From IMG/VR virus record IMGVR_UViG_3300040957_000063: a stretch of 64,000 nucleotides of DNA; one strand, written 5' to 3'. This DNA comes from an uncultured virus (IMG/VR IMGVR_UViG_3300040957_000063) (lineage: Duplodnaviria > Heunggongvirae > Uroviricota > Caudoviricetes). A model generated the notes under the pieces. That model searched no databases and was not told where the DNA came from. It worked only from the letters and a program-made list of their open reading frames with translations. Both the position numbers and the translations under genes were made by a program. Shown piece after piece: positions 1 to 10,955 of this stretch (within the stretch, counting starts at the first letter, position 1; each line of letters begins with the position of its first letter).

Positions 1-1
1 G

Positions 2-433
2 GAACAGATTTTAAAGACTCAAGAAAATTGGCGTAAAAATAATAAAGAACATTCACATAATTATTATGAAACAAACAAAACAAAAATTTTAAATCGTTCA
101 AATGAACATATCAAAGACGTTAATTTTTCCGTTATAGCGATGTATTCTAACTTTGAAACTGAAAAACTTGTTCAACCTATATGCGCTTGTTGTGGAGAAA
201 CCGAACTTGATTTTCTTACCATTGACCATATTAATAATGACGGGGCAGAACAACGAAGAAAAATTGGAAATAATGTACTTGGTGGTTGGGCACTTTCTTT
301 GTGGATAATCAAGAACAATTTTCCAGATGACCTTCAAGTATTGTGCGGAAATTGTCAATTAGGAAAAAGACGAAATAATGGTGTGTGTACTCATAAAATT
401 AATCATATGATTAACGAGCATGATGTTTCTTAG
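2..433 (+). CDS. HNH endonuclease, 5'-truncated by window edge
   Basis: Frame open from base 2; CACCGE...LTIDHINNDG...LQVLCGNC zinc/HNH motif. Confidence 0.8.
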   Translation, partial: EQILKTQENWRKNNKEHSHNYYETNKTKILNRSNEHIKDVNFSVIAMYSNFETEKLVQPICACCGETELDFLTIDHINNDGAEQRRKIGNNVLGGWALSLWIIKNNFPDDLQVLCGNCQLGKRRNNGVCTHKINHMINEHDVS

Positions 434-465
434 CAAAGGTTTATATAGGACGATGTAATCACTAT

Positions 466-479
466 TAATCAAGTGATTA
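466..479. promoter_or_regulatory. Palindromic operator-like site TAATCAnnTGATTA (representative of about 19 copies)
   Basis: TAATCAAGTGATTA between TATA box and start of 483 ORF; motif recurs across the window. Confidence 0.65.
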
Positions 480-482
480 AAA

Positions 483-1181
483 ATGAGTAATAATCAATCA
501 AAAACTACAAACAGGTTAATCTTAGACGCGAAGGCGTTAGAAGAATTAGGGCTAAATTCGGAAGTGCTTTATGTCTGCGAATATGATTTATATTCGGAAC
601 GTTATCTAACTGACGCGGAAAAGAGAAGAATGAACACAGAACAAAAGGACGCTAACAAACGCTTTAACAAGTTGGCTCGTATTATTAGGAATAAGATGGT
701 TTTTACCCTCAAGTTCAAATTAGATGCAACCAAAAACTTGGAAAGCAGTTGGTTTATTGACGGGGACAAACTTGATTTAGCCGTTTCCGAACTTGAGAAC
801 TTGAAAGCTGACGCAAAAAGAAAGGGCTTTAGTGACATTGATAACCGTATTAAAATTATTCCGTTAATCACAAACGATGTCGGGTTTGAGCACTATGAGG
901 ACAAAAAGGCTGAATTCGTGCTTGAATTCCTTATGGAACACGTAGAATACGCCGAAAAGGGAATTAAAAACAAAAAGATGGCTCAGTCAACTTTGTGGCG
1001 GTGTAAAAAGGCAGTAGAAATCTGTAATGCACACGCCGAAACTCTAAAACAAAGTGAACGTTACAATGAAATAATTGATACTATAAATATGTTAGACGAA
1101 CTTAATGGAATGTGTGAGGCGTTTCTCACAGAACAGAAAGAAAAGAAGGCTAAGGAAAAAGCAAAGGATAAAAAAGCCTAA
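483..1181 (+). CDS. hypothetical protein
   Basis: 232-aa ORF behind a TATA promoter (tttatata near 440). Confidence 0.75.
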   Translation: MSNNQSKTTNRLILDAKALEELGLNSEVLYVCEYDLYSERYLTDAEKRRMNTEQKDANKRFNKLARIIRNKMVFTLKFKLDATKNLESSWFIDGDKLDLAVSELENLKADAKRKGFSDIDNRIKIIPLITNDVGFEHYEDKKAEFVLEFLMEHVEYAEKGIKNKKMAQSTLWRCKKAVEICNAHAETLKQSERYNEIIDTINMLDELNGMCEAFLTEQKEKKAKEKAKDKKA

Positions 1182-1600
1182 AGTTCTTGATTTTCAGCTT
1201 TTTTTATCCAATTACAGTTAGCGCATAGTAATTGGTAATCCTTAGAACCCTCTTTGATTCGTTTTAAAACCTCACGATAATAAGTTGTTCTGCATAATGA
1301 TGTTTCTCTTATATCTTTGTGCCCGTGACCGTTAACATGGTCAATTTGTAAACATCTAACATCACTCATAAAATCTCCATGCTCAAGATTATAAGGATTA
1401 ACGCATTTATTTCCAAGTAATTCAAATATCTCAGCTTTTCGTTTTTCTAATAGATTTTTCTTTACTTTTTTTGCTGTATCAATAACAGATTTTCGGAATT
1501 TAGGGTCATTATGATAACGTTTTTTTCGTTTTCTCAATTGTTCTTTCCAATGAAGTTTTCTCCAATTTTTAGAATATTCTGGGTCTAAAGGTTTTCCCAT
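1178..1600 (-). CDS. HNH endonuclease
   Basis: LGNKC...CLQIDHVNG...YQLLCANCN; K/R/Y-rich N-terminus. Confidence 0.85.
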   Translation of the reverse strand: MGKPLDPEYSKNWRKLHWKEQLRKRKKRYHNDPKFRKSVIDTAKKVKKNLLEKRKAEIFELLGNKCVNPYNLEHGDFMSDVRCLQIDHVNGHGHKDIRETSLCRTTYYREVLKRIKEGSKDYQLLCANCNWIKKAENQEL

Positions 1601-1739
1601 TTTTTACATCTCCTTTGATGTTTGTAAAAATGCATAATCAAATATTTAAATCTTTTGGTTATATATAACTGTTTTTGATTTGAACATGTTGTTTCTGCCA
1701 CAACCTTTATATTGTTGGTTGATATAACTAATTAATCAG

Positions 1740-1928
1740 ATGATTAAGATGAGTAACAAACCAATAGACGTTGGCGAATTGCTGATAAGGCGATTGGAAG
1801 AGGCACATCAAAGAGATGTTGCTAATTGCAATGCTCACAGAACTATTTTCAGACTAAATCCCAGAACTAACGGGGACGAACTTGATTGCAAAAAAGAAAA
1901 ATGTTCAAAAGGATGTCCGTTAAAATGA
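1740..1928 (+). CDS. small Cys-containing hypothetical protein
   Basis: ORF behind TATA box; stop overlaps next start. Confidence 0.55.
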   Translation: MIKMSNKPIDVGELLIRRLEEAHQRDVANCNAHRTIFRLNPRTNGDELDCKKEKCSKGCPLK

Positions 1929-2080
1929 GCGAAATATTAACTAACGTTAATAAAGCTATGGAAGCTGGAAAATGGGCGCAAGCTACAGCTAATTGCCCTG
2001 AATGCAAAAAGCTGTTCCCGAAGCATTGTTCTAATCACCAAAAACAACTTGAAGAACTACAAAAGAAATATAAGGTGTAA
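1925..2080 (+). CDS. small zinc-binding protein
   Basis: CPEC...CSNH; ATG at 1925 coupled to upstream stop. Confidence 0.55.
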   Translation: MSEILTNVNKAMEAGKWAQATANCPECKKLFPKHCSNHQKQLEELQKKYKV

Positions 2081-2570
2081 AAAAATGAACGAACAACTAA
2101 CAAACGAGATATATCACACAGAACGCCCAGATAACGAAATGATGCACGGATTAATTCGCATTCTCGAAAAGAATTTATTTGGACACAGGAAACTACCAAA
2201 GGCTTCTGAGGTTTAACTAATTGGATTGTCCGTTAAAAAGGAAAAATGGCTCATGTTTGCTTGATAGCCATATTCCGTGCCTCATACATAAAATTCACCA
2301 ATTGGTAAAGGGTTTAAAATGAGTGAACAAAAAGTTTGCAAATACGGTGTTTCTCAAGATGAGTCTTGCGAAAATGATTGCTGTTATAGTTGCGAATATA
2401 TGAGGCAAGACGGCAAAGATATTTTATGCAAGTTTGACGATTGGAAAGAAAAGGAAAAAGTTCAATTCGATTAATCGGCTGATTAATTTGAAAACGAACA
2501 TGATGTTTCTTGGCAAACGTTTATATACCCCGAAGCCATAACCTTTATTCACTCAAAGAGGCAATGAAAA

Positions 2571-2852
2571 GTGACAAAATTCATAATAGCAAAATGCCAA
2601 GCAATGAAGTACAAAGTTGTTAAACATCTCTGCCCTAAGTGCGGACACAAGAAAGCCCGTTGGGTACACACTTGCATCATATATGACGAATACTTCATAT
2701 GTGAAAAGTGCGGACTTTGTGACTTCTCGGCAAGCAAACGGCTGACCCCAGAAGAGGACGAAGCCCGTTCTAAAGCTATTGACAAGTACATGAAGAAGCA
2801 ATACGTTTCAAAGGCTGACCTCAAGCTACTCGAAAAGATAGACTTCTCTTAA
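2571..2852 (+). CDS. zinc-ribbon protein
   Basis: CPKC...CEKC; upstream TATA. Confidence 0.65.
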   Translation: MTKFIIAKCQAMKYKVVKHLCPKCGHKKARWVHTCIIYDEYFICEKCGLCDFSASKRLTPEEDEARSKAIDKYMKKQYVSKADLKLLEKIDFS

Positions 2853-2922
2853 TTGTGCATGGCTGTTCTCCCGTAAAGTTTATATAGAGCGTTGTCTCTT
2901 CTTTTGAGTAAAGGTTGATGAA

Positions 2923-3117
2923 ATGTTTAGCACAATTGGAATATGGCTCATGGTAGCAATGGTAACATTCTCGGCATTGGCAAACCTCTATGACGCTGGC
3001 AAATACAGCAACCCCAACAGCAAAGACAAAGTTCAAAAGGCTAAGGATGTGAGAAACGCTTCTGCAACATCTTTTGTTTTCGGCGTTATCGTTCTGGCTA
3101 TTGTATTTCTCCTATAA
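2923..3117 (+). CDS. small two-TM membrane protein
   Basis: Two hydrophobic segments; upstream TATA. Confidence 0.6.
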   Translation: MFSTIGIWLMVAMVTFSALANLYDAGKYSNPNSKDKVQKAKDVRNASATSFVFGVIVLAIVFLL

Positions 3118-3241
3118 ACCCAGAACAACCCCCCTTATTTTTCCTAAACATTTTTTGTTAATTGCCTAAGTTTTCCCTATATCAATTTTTGTTAATGTCA
3201 CAAGACGGTGCACAGGCAAGACCCAAACCACGGTTTTTTAA

Positions 3242-3673
3242 TCAGTTGCTTAATTTGAAATGAGGACGAACTTTCTTGTCTTTCAAAAATCGGTGATGCA
3301 AAAATCCGTGACAACTTGAACATAAAGTTATGGCTATTAACGGCGAATAACTAATTTCATGACAAAGTAAATGTTCAGTTGAACCACAAACTTCGCATTT
3401 ATCTCCTATTTTAAAGAATCCGTTCGCATTTTGCTGTCGTTCTGCTAATGCTCTAAGTTTTGCTTCTCTTTCAGTCTCAAGAGGTTGTATTTGCCATTTT
3501 GAAATGTGACTCTTATAATAAACTTTGTTCTTTTCTTTTTTTGAGGTAATATTAGCAAGATAGAAACTTCGATTACAACAGGCTCTTGAACAATATTTTT
3601 GAGGCGTTTTCCGTCTTAGATTTGGATTTGGAGCGAATTCCTTACCGCATTCAGGATTTTGACAGATTAGCAT
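3242..3673 (-). CDS. zinc-finger/HNH-like endonuclease
   Basis: CQNPEC..YCSRAC N-terminus; CEVCG..LLCHE..LCSSCH C-terminus. Confidence 0.7.
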   Translation of the reverse strand: MLICQNPECGKEFAPNPNLRRKTPQKYCSRACCNRSFYLANITSKKEKNKVYYKSHISKWQIQPLETEREAKLRALAERQQNANGFFKIGDKCEVCGSTEHLLCHEISYSPLIAITLCSSCHGFLHHRFLKDKKVRPHFKLSN

Positions 3674-3806
3674 ACCTTATCACTATTTGTTTACTGATTA
3701 ACATACTTATAAGTCTTTCTATTCAGTTTATCATTTATTGTTAACGTAACTGAGCATGTTGGATTCACCGATAGATTTATATATTTGTTTAGCATAGTAG
3801 TACATT

Positions 3807-3864
3807 GGGGATTGGGCGAATAATTTTTGTTCATATCGTTCCCTCATTCGCCCTTCCCCCTTTT
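3807..3864 (+). ncRNA. candidate hairpin sRNA-1 with anti-leader loop
   Basis: TATA near 3776; stem GGGGATTGGGCGAAT/ATTCGCCCTTCCCC; 24-nt loop ending GTTCCCTC; followed by TTTT. Confidence 0.6.
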
Positions 3865-4116
3865 GAGTAACTTAACAAAAACTGTTTATTCGCTAAGTTG
3901 GCTCACCGATAAGTTAATTATTCATTAATTAACTGTGTAGCTTAGAGCATGACCCCATAACCAAACCCCAATACCCCTATAAACTAACCTAACCATAAGA
4001 CATAAATAGTAAAACTGTATATTATAATTGAGGAATAAAAAATACCTAATTATTATACACCACAATATCGCCAAGCCCATAAGGAACAACTTAATAGGGC
4101 ACAGAAGAAATATCTT

Positions 4117-4809
4117 ATGAGTCACCCAGAAATGAGGGAATATTTCAAAAACTATTCCCAACAAAATAAGGAACATCTTAGAGAATTAACTAAAATATGG
4201 ATTAAAATACACCCAGAAAAAGTAAAAGAATATAGAAAAAAATCTTATAAACCTCATCCACGACAAAAACGATTTACCCCAGAAGAACTTAAACAACATA
4301 GAAAAGAATATCTTTATCGCCCCGAAGTGAAACAACATAATAAAGAGCGAAAAAAACAATGGATATTAGATAATCCAGAAGAGTATAGAACGCGAAAAAA
4401 GAAACAAGACTATAAACGGCGTGGTTTAGGTAATAATTGCCTTAATGCACGATTCGAAGGCTCACATGGGCATCATGTTAATTATAACGATGTTATATAT
4501 ATTCCAGAATCCCTTCACAATTCAGTTTTACATAGTGTTTGGTCTGGCGAAGGTATGATTGAGATAAACGTTAAAGTTCGCCAATGGTTAATCGAACAAA
4601 ATAATCCTATCCAATTTGAGTATGTTTATATTAACAACCCAATATTAACTATAAGAAAACGTGGCAGACCACTAAAGGCTAATCCTAAATGTGGAACAAA
4701 GAAACAAAAGTATATGCAAGAGCGTTATCAACAACGGAAACAATTAACTAAACCTATCTATCCCTTAGCAGTATATAACCCTATTAGAATATTAGCGATA
4801 TACCCATAA
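4117..4809 (+). CDS. HNH-family endonuclease with AT-hook-like C-terminus
   Basis: GSHGHHVN..VIYIPESLHNSVLH; RKRGRP; paralog of 5247 ORF. Confidence 0.7.
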   Translation: MSHPEMREYFKNYSQQNKEHLRELTKIWIKIHPEKVKEYRKKSYKPHPRQKRFTPEELKQHRKEYLYRPEVKQHNKERKKQWILDNPEEYRTRKKKQDYKRRGLGNNCLNARFEGSHGHHVNYNDVIYIPESLHNSVLHSVWSGEGMIEINVKVRQWLIEQNNPIQFEYVYINNPILTIRKRGRPLKANPKCGTKKQKYMQERYQQRKQLTKPIYPLAVYNPIRILAIYP

Positions 4810-5134
4810 ACTAATCAATAAAGCAAAAATTATATATATGTTCTTTTAAATTAATCTAAATATAGATGTCAGAACGGAGTCTTTGTGTCTTTAAAGATGC
4901 ATATAAAAAATACTCTCTATTGATTTACTTTGTAAACTCGGTGTAAAAAGTACACCGACTTATTAAATACCACTAAGTTGTTAGGATATACTCGGTTACT
5001 TGTGCCTAACGAGACTTTTTAATCTACTGATTAACTAACTGCTATTGAACGGCTAACAATATACAATATGACACGCGGAATAAATGAGGATGTTGGTTAT
5101 GCCATAAGACTTATATAGTTGAATGAGATAGTAA

Positions 5135-5207
5135 GTTACGGGGACAGGGGAAGGTTTTTTAGTTTCTCGCGTCCAATTCGTTCCCTCAAATTCCTCTGTC
5201 CCCTAAC
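5135..5207 (+). ncRNA. candidate hairpin sRNA-2 with two anti-leader motifs
   Basis: TATA near 5110; 13-bp stem GGGGACAGGGGAA/TTCCTCTGTCCCC; loop contains TCTCGCGTCC and CGTTCCCTCAAA. Confidence 0.65.
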
Positions 5208-5246
5208 GTAATATTTAAATACTTGAGGGTACTATTATAATAAATA

Positions 5247-5627
5247 GTGTATTTAATGCTCGACAGAAAAGAATATATGAAAAATTATAAGAAAAATTAC
5301 CGTAAAACTCATAGAGAACAGATTTTAGAATATTATAATTCAGTAAGAAAATCAATTGATAAAAAATATCGGTCATCCCTCAAAGGAAAAAAGACAAATG
5401 AAAAGCATAAAGCTAAACATCGAAAATTAGGTTTTATTCCGTTGAATGAGCCGTTTCCTAACTCTGAGGCACATCATATAGATTTAGAATATGTTATTCA
5501 TATCCCTTATGAACTTCATCATTCTGTTCCTCATAATATTTGGACGGGACAAAATATGGAATTAATAAACAACAAAGTTTTCGAGTGGCTACAATTAGAC
5601 GTTAACACAATTTGTTTAGCTCTTTAA
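5247..5627 (+). CDS. HNH-family endonuclease
   Basis: SEAHHID..VIHIPYELHHSVPH. Confidence 0.7.
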   Translation: MYLMLDRKEYMKNYKKNYRKTHREQILEYYNSVRKSIDKKYRSSLKGKKTNEKHKAKHRKLGFIPLNEPFPNSEAHHIDLEYVIHIPYELHHSVPHNIWTGQNMELINNKVFEWLQLDVNTICLAL

Positions 5628-7037
5628 GCAAGACAACTAACTAACTAACTCCCTATAACTCCCCCTCATATAGGTAAAAAGTGGAGTGTTTGAATCTTTA
5701 AACTCGTATAGAAAAAATCATATCTATTAGAATATTAATTGGTCTGTTATAACGACTACGACTTTATATAAACGTGTTTATACTTATTGGCTGTTATTTA
5801 TACTATTGAGCCAATATTATAACAGACTCCCCTACCCCTTTACTTCCATTTAGCCGACTAAACCCTGTTAATGAAAAGACGTATTTGTGCACTTACTTAT
5901 CATACTGCCCAACCACACGTACCGCAAACGAAAAGTTAATCAGTTGGTTAATTGACGCTCGGAACGCTCGGAAACGTGCGGACACGAACGGAAAAGCCCA
6001 AAATCAAAACTGACGGAAAAAACGCCTATGTACCACTTATAACATACCCGATTTGCTCGCCTATATAAGCCTTTCGGTTTCGGGTTGCTTATTAACGTTT
6101 CGGGAAAGCCTTATATACCTGACCAAAAATGTACAGTTATTTAAACCTTTAGATACGCTTAAATACAAGAGCTAACCCCCTTTATATACCCGAAATGGGC
6201 ACAGCTATTTAAACCTTTGCCTTCCTTCATTCGTGACCCTATATAAAGAGGACGGGCTGGTTGCTTATAAACCTTTGCCCAGAACCAACATACTCAATTT
6301 AGCCCTATTTCGTTAACTATTCGGACAACACGAAAACACTTCGAAAAACATATGGTCAATTTCGAAAACAACCAATTCCCGAATCGCCCTAACGGTGCCC
6401 CGTTTGACAAATCGGGGCTAAACGATGCCCAGAAACCGAAAAAAAGTCCGTGATTCGAGTTCGTATTTTCTCGAAGGTATATAAACCTTTCTATAGCAAT
6501 AAGCCCAATTCGAAGCCCTTTTGTCAATACGAGCCAGCGTTGAACCGAACGAGCCAAATCCAGCCAGCCCCAACATTCGAAGTACCCCCGAATGGCAACT
6601 ACAGGTCAGCGATTGACAAAACGACTTCATTTTGGACTCCGTTCGGGGGACTTGGGCATGGGCAAAACTTTCGAAGCCCCGTGGAAACTTAGCGATTTTT
6701 GCGAATTAATCAATTGGTTAACTGTTCCCGTCCCAGAACAAAGTTTATTAAGGACGGTGCTATTAGTCTCTTATTGGAGTGTGAAATAAAAATGAGCAAA
6801 AAACAAAGCGAAAACATGGATTTAATCTCTGAGCTAATCTTAGAGAATCACCCGAGCTACATCTATAAAGCCTATCATGGAGAGTATTAATCATGAATCC
6901 TCTTAAGTTCTATCTCGGTGCTATACTTGGATTCTCTGCTTGTGGTATCGTGTGCTATTACCTCTATCTCTATTTCTTACAATACAGTTATCAATATTTA
7001 ACGGTGGTGAAATAAAACGGCAATATATGAATGGTAC

Positions 7038-7337
7038 GTGGTAACAACCAAACATCCGAATGTCTTAGCACTTGAAGAGATTCAACGCGAACTTTGCGAA
7101 AAATTCGGTGGATTAACCATAATTCCGAATTGTAAAGGGATATGGAAAAATCACGCTGGCAACTTAGAATCTGATAAAGTCGAAATATATCGGTGTGTGA
7201 CTAACGAAATAGTTTTACCCTCTGAAGCAATAAGAATCGGCGAATTCATTAATACCATATGCAACCAACAAGAAACTTTAGTCACAGTCAACACAGTACC
7301 GTACCTGATAACCAAACATAGACTAAAACTTTCCTAA
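7038..7337 (+). CDS. hypothetical protein (possible ferredoxin-like fold)
   Basis: FGGLT...GIW...Q.E pattern reminiscent of DUF3574-like proteins. Confidence 0.55.
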   Translation: MVTTKHPNVLALEEIQRELCEKFGGLTIIPNCKGIWKNHAGNLESDKVEIYRCVTNEIVLPSEAIRIGEFINTICNQQETLVTVNTVPYLITKHRLKLS

Positions 7338-7628
7338 ACGCCTCTTTAAACGGCGTAACGAGCGAAACAAGCCCATAACAGGTCACGAACGCTCAAACCC
7401 CTTCGCGTTAAGCGTATTTTACATAGACCCAGACCCGTGGGAAACTTAGCAGAAAAATGCATGTTTATGTAATATAACTTTTCCCGCGTCCCACGGAAGG
7501 CGTTTTTCCTCAAACCATGATTGGCACCGAGCTATATAAAGGTTGTTACTGAATTCGATATATTACAAACAAAAGCAAACCTTTATAAGGGACGCTGATA
7601 TAGTCTGTTTAAGGACGCGAGAACTAAA

Positions 7629-8240
7629 ATGTTGAACCCAGAAACAATCCAAATAAATCGGTATAAAGGCATAGACAATTCAAAAGTTAGCATAGTGCAT
7701 TCTGAGATAGCCACATTAAAAACGTTGGTTTTACTCAATAAAGAAAAAGAGCGCATCACAGCTTATAACAAATTAAACCACGTAGCTATTAAGGGATTCA
7801 GCGCAAACTTTCACAACTATAAGCGAAGTGAAAACAACTTTTCAATTGCAGAAAATTTATTCCGAGAACAATTAGAATTAAACGGAATAACCAATTGGCT
7901 ACATGAACATAAAGTACAAATTAAGGACGCTTTGAATCAAACACACACATATCACTTGGATTTTTTTATCCCTGAGATAAAGCTGGCAATTGAGATTAGC
8001 CCGTTATTTCACTTTACATATGAGACTGTAGCAATCCGAGACAAATTAAGAGAATCATTGTTAAAGCGCAAACTTGGAATTAATACCATTGTTGTTAAGG
8101 TACATTTTAGGACTCGGAAGGGACACATAGAAACCTTTATTAATAACGCCGATACTGTTAAAGCAATAAAGGCGATTAAAAAATTGAGCAAAAAATCAAA
8201 CCCCGAAACACTAACATTCTACACTAAAAAGGTGTGGTGA
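7629..8240 (+). CDS. PD-(D/E)XK nuclease, DUF559/Vsr-like
   Basis: AE..F...YHLDFFIPEIKLAIEI...H...RD pattern. Confidence 0.7.
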   Translation: MLNPETIQINRYKGIDNSKVSIVHSEIATLKTLVLLNKEKERITAYNKLNHVAIKGFSANFHNYKRSENNFSIAENLFREQLELNGITNWLHEHKVQIKDALNQTHTYHLDFFIPEIKLAIEISPLFHFTYETVAIRDKLRESLLKRKLGINTIVVKVHFRTRKGHIETFINNADTVKAIKAIKKLSKKSNPETLTFYTKKVW

Positions 8241-8247
8241 ACTAACT

Positions 8248-8478
8248 ATGGAATATATAGCTAACTGTCCGTGTGGGCACCACACAATCGTTGAAACTGT
8301 AAAAACTATAAAACACGAACCAAACGAACGTAAACCCCAACGTGAGGAAAAATGCGTAGCGTGTGGAAAAGTTAGACGTGTAACAATTATCGGAGAAGTA
8401 GAAAAAGTACCGAACTATGCAATTAGCGCAACCCCTGAGTATGCCACACATAACAGACTATTGTTCAAACTTTGGTAA
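8248..8478 (+). CDS. zinc-ribbon protein
   Basis: CPCG...CVACG; GGTGA RBS. Confidence 0.6.
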   Translation: MEYIANCPCGHHTIVETVKTIKHEPNERKPQREEKCVACGKVRRVTIIGEVEKVPNYAISATPEYATHNRLLFKLW

Positions 8479-8989
8479 ACCGTTTCAACCAATTACAATA
8501 TGCACATAGTAATTGGTAATTTCCCTCTTTATCTTCTAATACTTTTTTTAGAAATTTAGGATTAGTTGTACAATAGAATTGTTTTAGTTCCTCATATCCG
8601 TTATTATTAACGTGGTCTATTTGTAAGCATCTAATATCTAACTTATCTCTGGGAATAAGACAATCTGGGTTAGCACACTTTAAACCATATTTCTCTAAGA
8701 TTTGTTTTCTTAAATCTTGGTACAATTCTTTTCGTTTAGCAATTTTTCTATCTATTTGTGAATGTGTTCTAATACGGGTTTTCTCATAAAGTTTTGAGTT
8801 TGATAACATTTTTTCTTTATTTTGTAAATAATAATTATGACTTTTTATTAAACGTTCTTCTTTATGTTTGTTATAAGATTTTTTAGCCCGTTCTTTTGCC
8901 TCTTTAGGATGTTCTTTATTCCATAGTCTTTTTTTAGCTAAAATTTCTTTTCGGTGAGTATTATAATATCGTTTTTCTTTATCACCCAT
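8465..8989 (-). CDS. HNH endonuclease
   Basis: KCANPDC..CLQIDHVNNNG..YQLLCAYCN. Confidence 0.85.
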   Translation of the reverse strand: MGDKEKRYYNTHRKEILAKKRLWNKEHPKEAKERAKKSYNKHKEERLIKSHNYYLQNKEKMLSNSKLYEKTRIRTHSQIDRKIAKRKELYQDLRKQILEKYGLKCANPDCLIPRDKLDIRCLQIDHVNNNGYEELKQFYCTTNPKFLKKVLEDKEGNYQLLCAYCNWLKRFTKV

Positions 8990-9147
8990 TTTTTAATCAT
9001 CACCACAACGTTTATATAGTAGTTTCTGATATTTAAGTGTTATGGGACGGGAGAAATTTAACCCCGTCCTTTTGATTATATCAATTTTAGGAACAACCTT
9101 TATATAGGAGATTGCTATAACATGTAGATATAGGACGCGAATAAAAA

Positions 9148-9390
9148 ATGTCAACACTTGAGGAAAAAGCTGAAATAGCTCAAAAAAATCTAACCGTGAA
9201 GTTTAAGGCTCTGGCTCTAATCCGTGAAGCATCCGAATTTCTCCTGAGCGCGGAGCAAAAATTAATCGAGGTACAAACATTAGGCGGAGATAATGAAGCT
9301 AAGGAATTCGCGGAAATTCTCTGGCAATCAATTGATAAAGACAGAAAAACCCTCTGCCGTGGAAGATTCGAAGCCGAGGAACTTTGGTAA
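9148..9390 (+). CDS. hypothetical helical protein
   Basis: TATA, GGACGCGA leader, ATG. Confidence 0.65.
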   Translation: MSTLEEKAEIAQKNLTVKFKALALIREASEFLLSAEQKLIEVQTLGGDNEAKEFAEILWQSIDKDRKTLCRGRFEAEELW

Positions 9391-9778
9391 AATTCTTTTC
9401 TTTTGTTTGTCATGTGCGGCGAGGTATATAAACCTTTCGGTGAACTAATTTTTGCCGTGCCCATGTAATATTTCTTTTTTGTTCGCGTCCGAACGGGGCG
9501 GTTTTCCCTCAAATACAGTAATGTCACCGAGGTATATAAACCTTTACCCAAATTGAACCCAGATTAATCAATTGATTAACCACAACACTTATAAGTCTCG
9601 GTGCCTATTAGTCTTTTGAGGGAACGGCGACAACGACACGGGCTATTACATGGACACGCAAGTTGAAAACAGCCTAATATATAAACGTTTCGGTATGGTT
9701 GCGCCGTCCGTGTCTATGTAATATCAGCCACGCAAAAAAAAACGCCCATTTCTGGGCGCATTCGTTAATTCGACCCTT

Positions 9779-9916
9779 TTACGCGGGTTCGGTGTCGTAT
9801 CCGCCGCATTTTGGGCATTTTATTTCTATTGTGTTGTTTGTTATGGTTTTTGCGAATTTCGCGCCGCATTCTATACAAGCCATGCGGATTTTTTGGGTTG
9901 TTTTTTGTCCGTGCAT
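9779..9916 (-). CDS. 45-aa zinc-ribbon protein (not in ORF track)
   Basis: MHGQKTTQKIRMACIECG...IKCPKCGGYDTEPA; TATA and GAGGGAAC leader. Confidence 0.65.
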   Translation of the reverse strand: MHGQKTTQKIRMACIECGAKFAKTITNNTIEIKCPKCGGYDTEPA

Positions 9917-9953
9917 TTTAGTTCCCTCGATATACCATGTGTCAGCGTCCTAT

Positions 9954-10103
9954 TTAAAGGTTTGCCTTCACGAATTCTTTTAAGCTGATTCCGTAGGAAC
10001 CCTTATTTCCGCCCGTTATTTTCCCAGAGTACGGGACACGATGATATTTTTGTTGGAAGGTACCAACAACAGTTTTTATTTTTGTCGCGTTATGTGTGTT
10101 CAA
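9954..10103 (-). CDS. small hypothetical protein (TTG start)
   Basis: TATA near 10140, TTTGAGGGAAACAAA leader, then TTG. Confidence 0.5.
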   Translation of the reverse strand: MNTHNATKIKTVVGTFQQKYHRVPYSGKITGGNKGSYGISLKEFVKANL

Positions 10104-10183
10104 TTTGTTTCCCTCAAAAGAACATGTAGTCAAACAGATATATAAACGTTGTTGTTGAATCCGATATATTGAAAATATGGATT

Positions 10184-10528
10184 TTAAATTAAGGTTTCGG
10201 TTTCCGTTAACGTAAAAAAGGCTATTAAGGTTTCTCGGATTATTGTATTTTTCGCAAAGTTTCCGTTTTTGCAAGATTCGAAATTATAGAATAATCCACG
10301 GTCAAATAAGAAGCTAATTTCACGGTTTAAAATTTTTGTTAAAGTTTCGTGAACGGTTTCGTGGTTAATGGTTTGAATAGTCCTTAAATCGTCCTTATTT
10401 CCCGAACCGAGCGCAATTTCGGCTTCGAATCCAGAAACGTGCTCAAAGGTGCCATAAACGGGCACGTTGGCATCATTCTGTAGCTTATTTATTTCGTATT
10501 GGGTCATAATTCTTATATTATCGGTCAC
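10184..10528 (-). CDS. small HExxH zincin-like protein
   Basis: TINHETVHE; GGACGTGA leader; resembles 28377 ORF. Confidence 0.55.
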   Translation of the reverse strand: MTDNIRIMTQYEINKLQNDANVPVYGTFEHVSGFEAEIALGSGNKDDLRTIQTINHETVHETLTKILNREISFLFDRGLFYNFESCKNGNFAKNTIIRETLIAFFTLTETETLI

Positions 10529-10656
10529 GGTTTCACGTCCTTAAAAGACATGTAGGCACCGACCTATATAAACCTTTGTATTACTGCAAGCATACTCAAT
10601 ATGTAGAAACCTTTATAAGTCTCGCCGACTACATGCTTCTTGAGGGAAAAACAAAA

Positions 10657-10788
10657 ATGTATAAACCAACAAGAATTTACCTAACAGAACGGGAAACATC
10701 CGAGATTGAAAAACTTTATGGACTCTGGGACTTCATAACAGAGAATTTTAACGGTCAAATTTCCGTTATTGTTTGGGAATCTGATTAA
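10657..10788 (+). CDS. small hypothetical protein
   Basis: TATA, then TTGAGGGAAAAACAAAAATG leader. Confidence 0.55.
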   Translation: MYKPTRIYLTERETSEIEKLYGLWDFITENFNGQISVIVWESD

Positions 10789-10955
10789 TTTGAACCCATT
10801 TAAACAACTGATTAAACGGTTTTACCGTTGGCGGTTAAATCAAATTCTCAAGCCGTCTAAAATTCATAAAGTTTTTTCTTTAAGTTTTATCGTTTCCGAC
10901 TTCAGAGTAACCTTTATTAAGGACGCTGACATATAGGTATTTGAGGGAAAGCAAA

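Noticed and set aside
6294..6789. Overlapping short ORFs on both strands
   Set aside because: No RBS or protein-like features; more likely non-coding repeat-rich DNA
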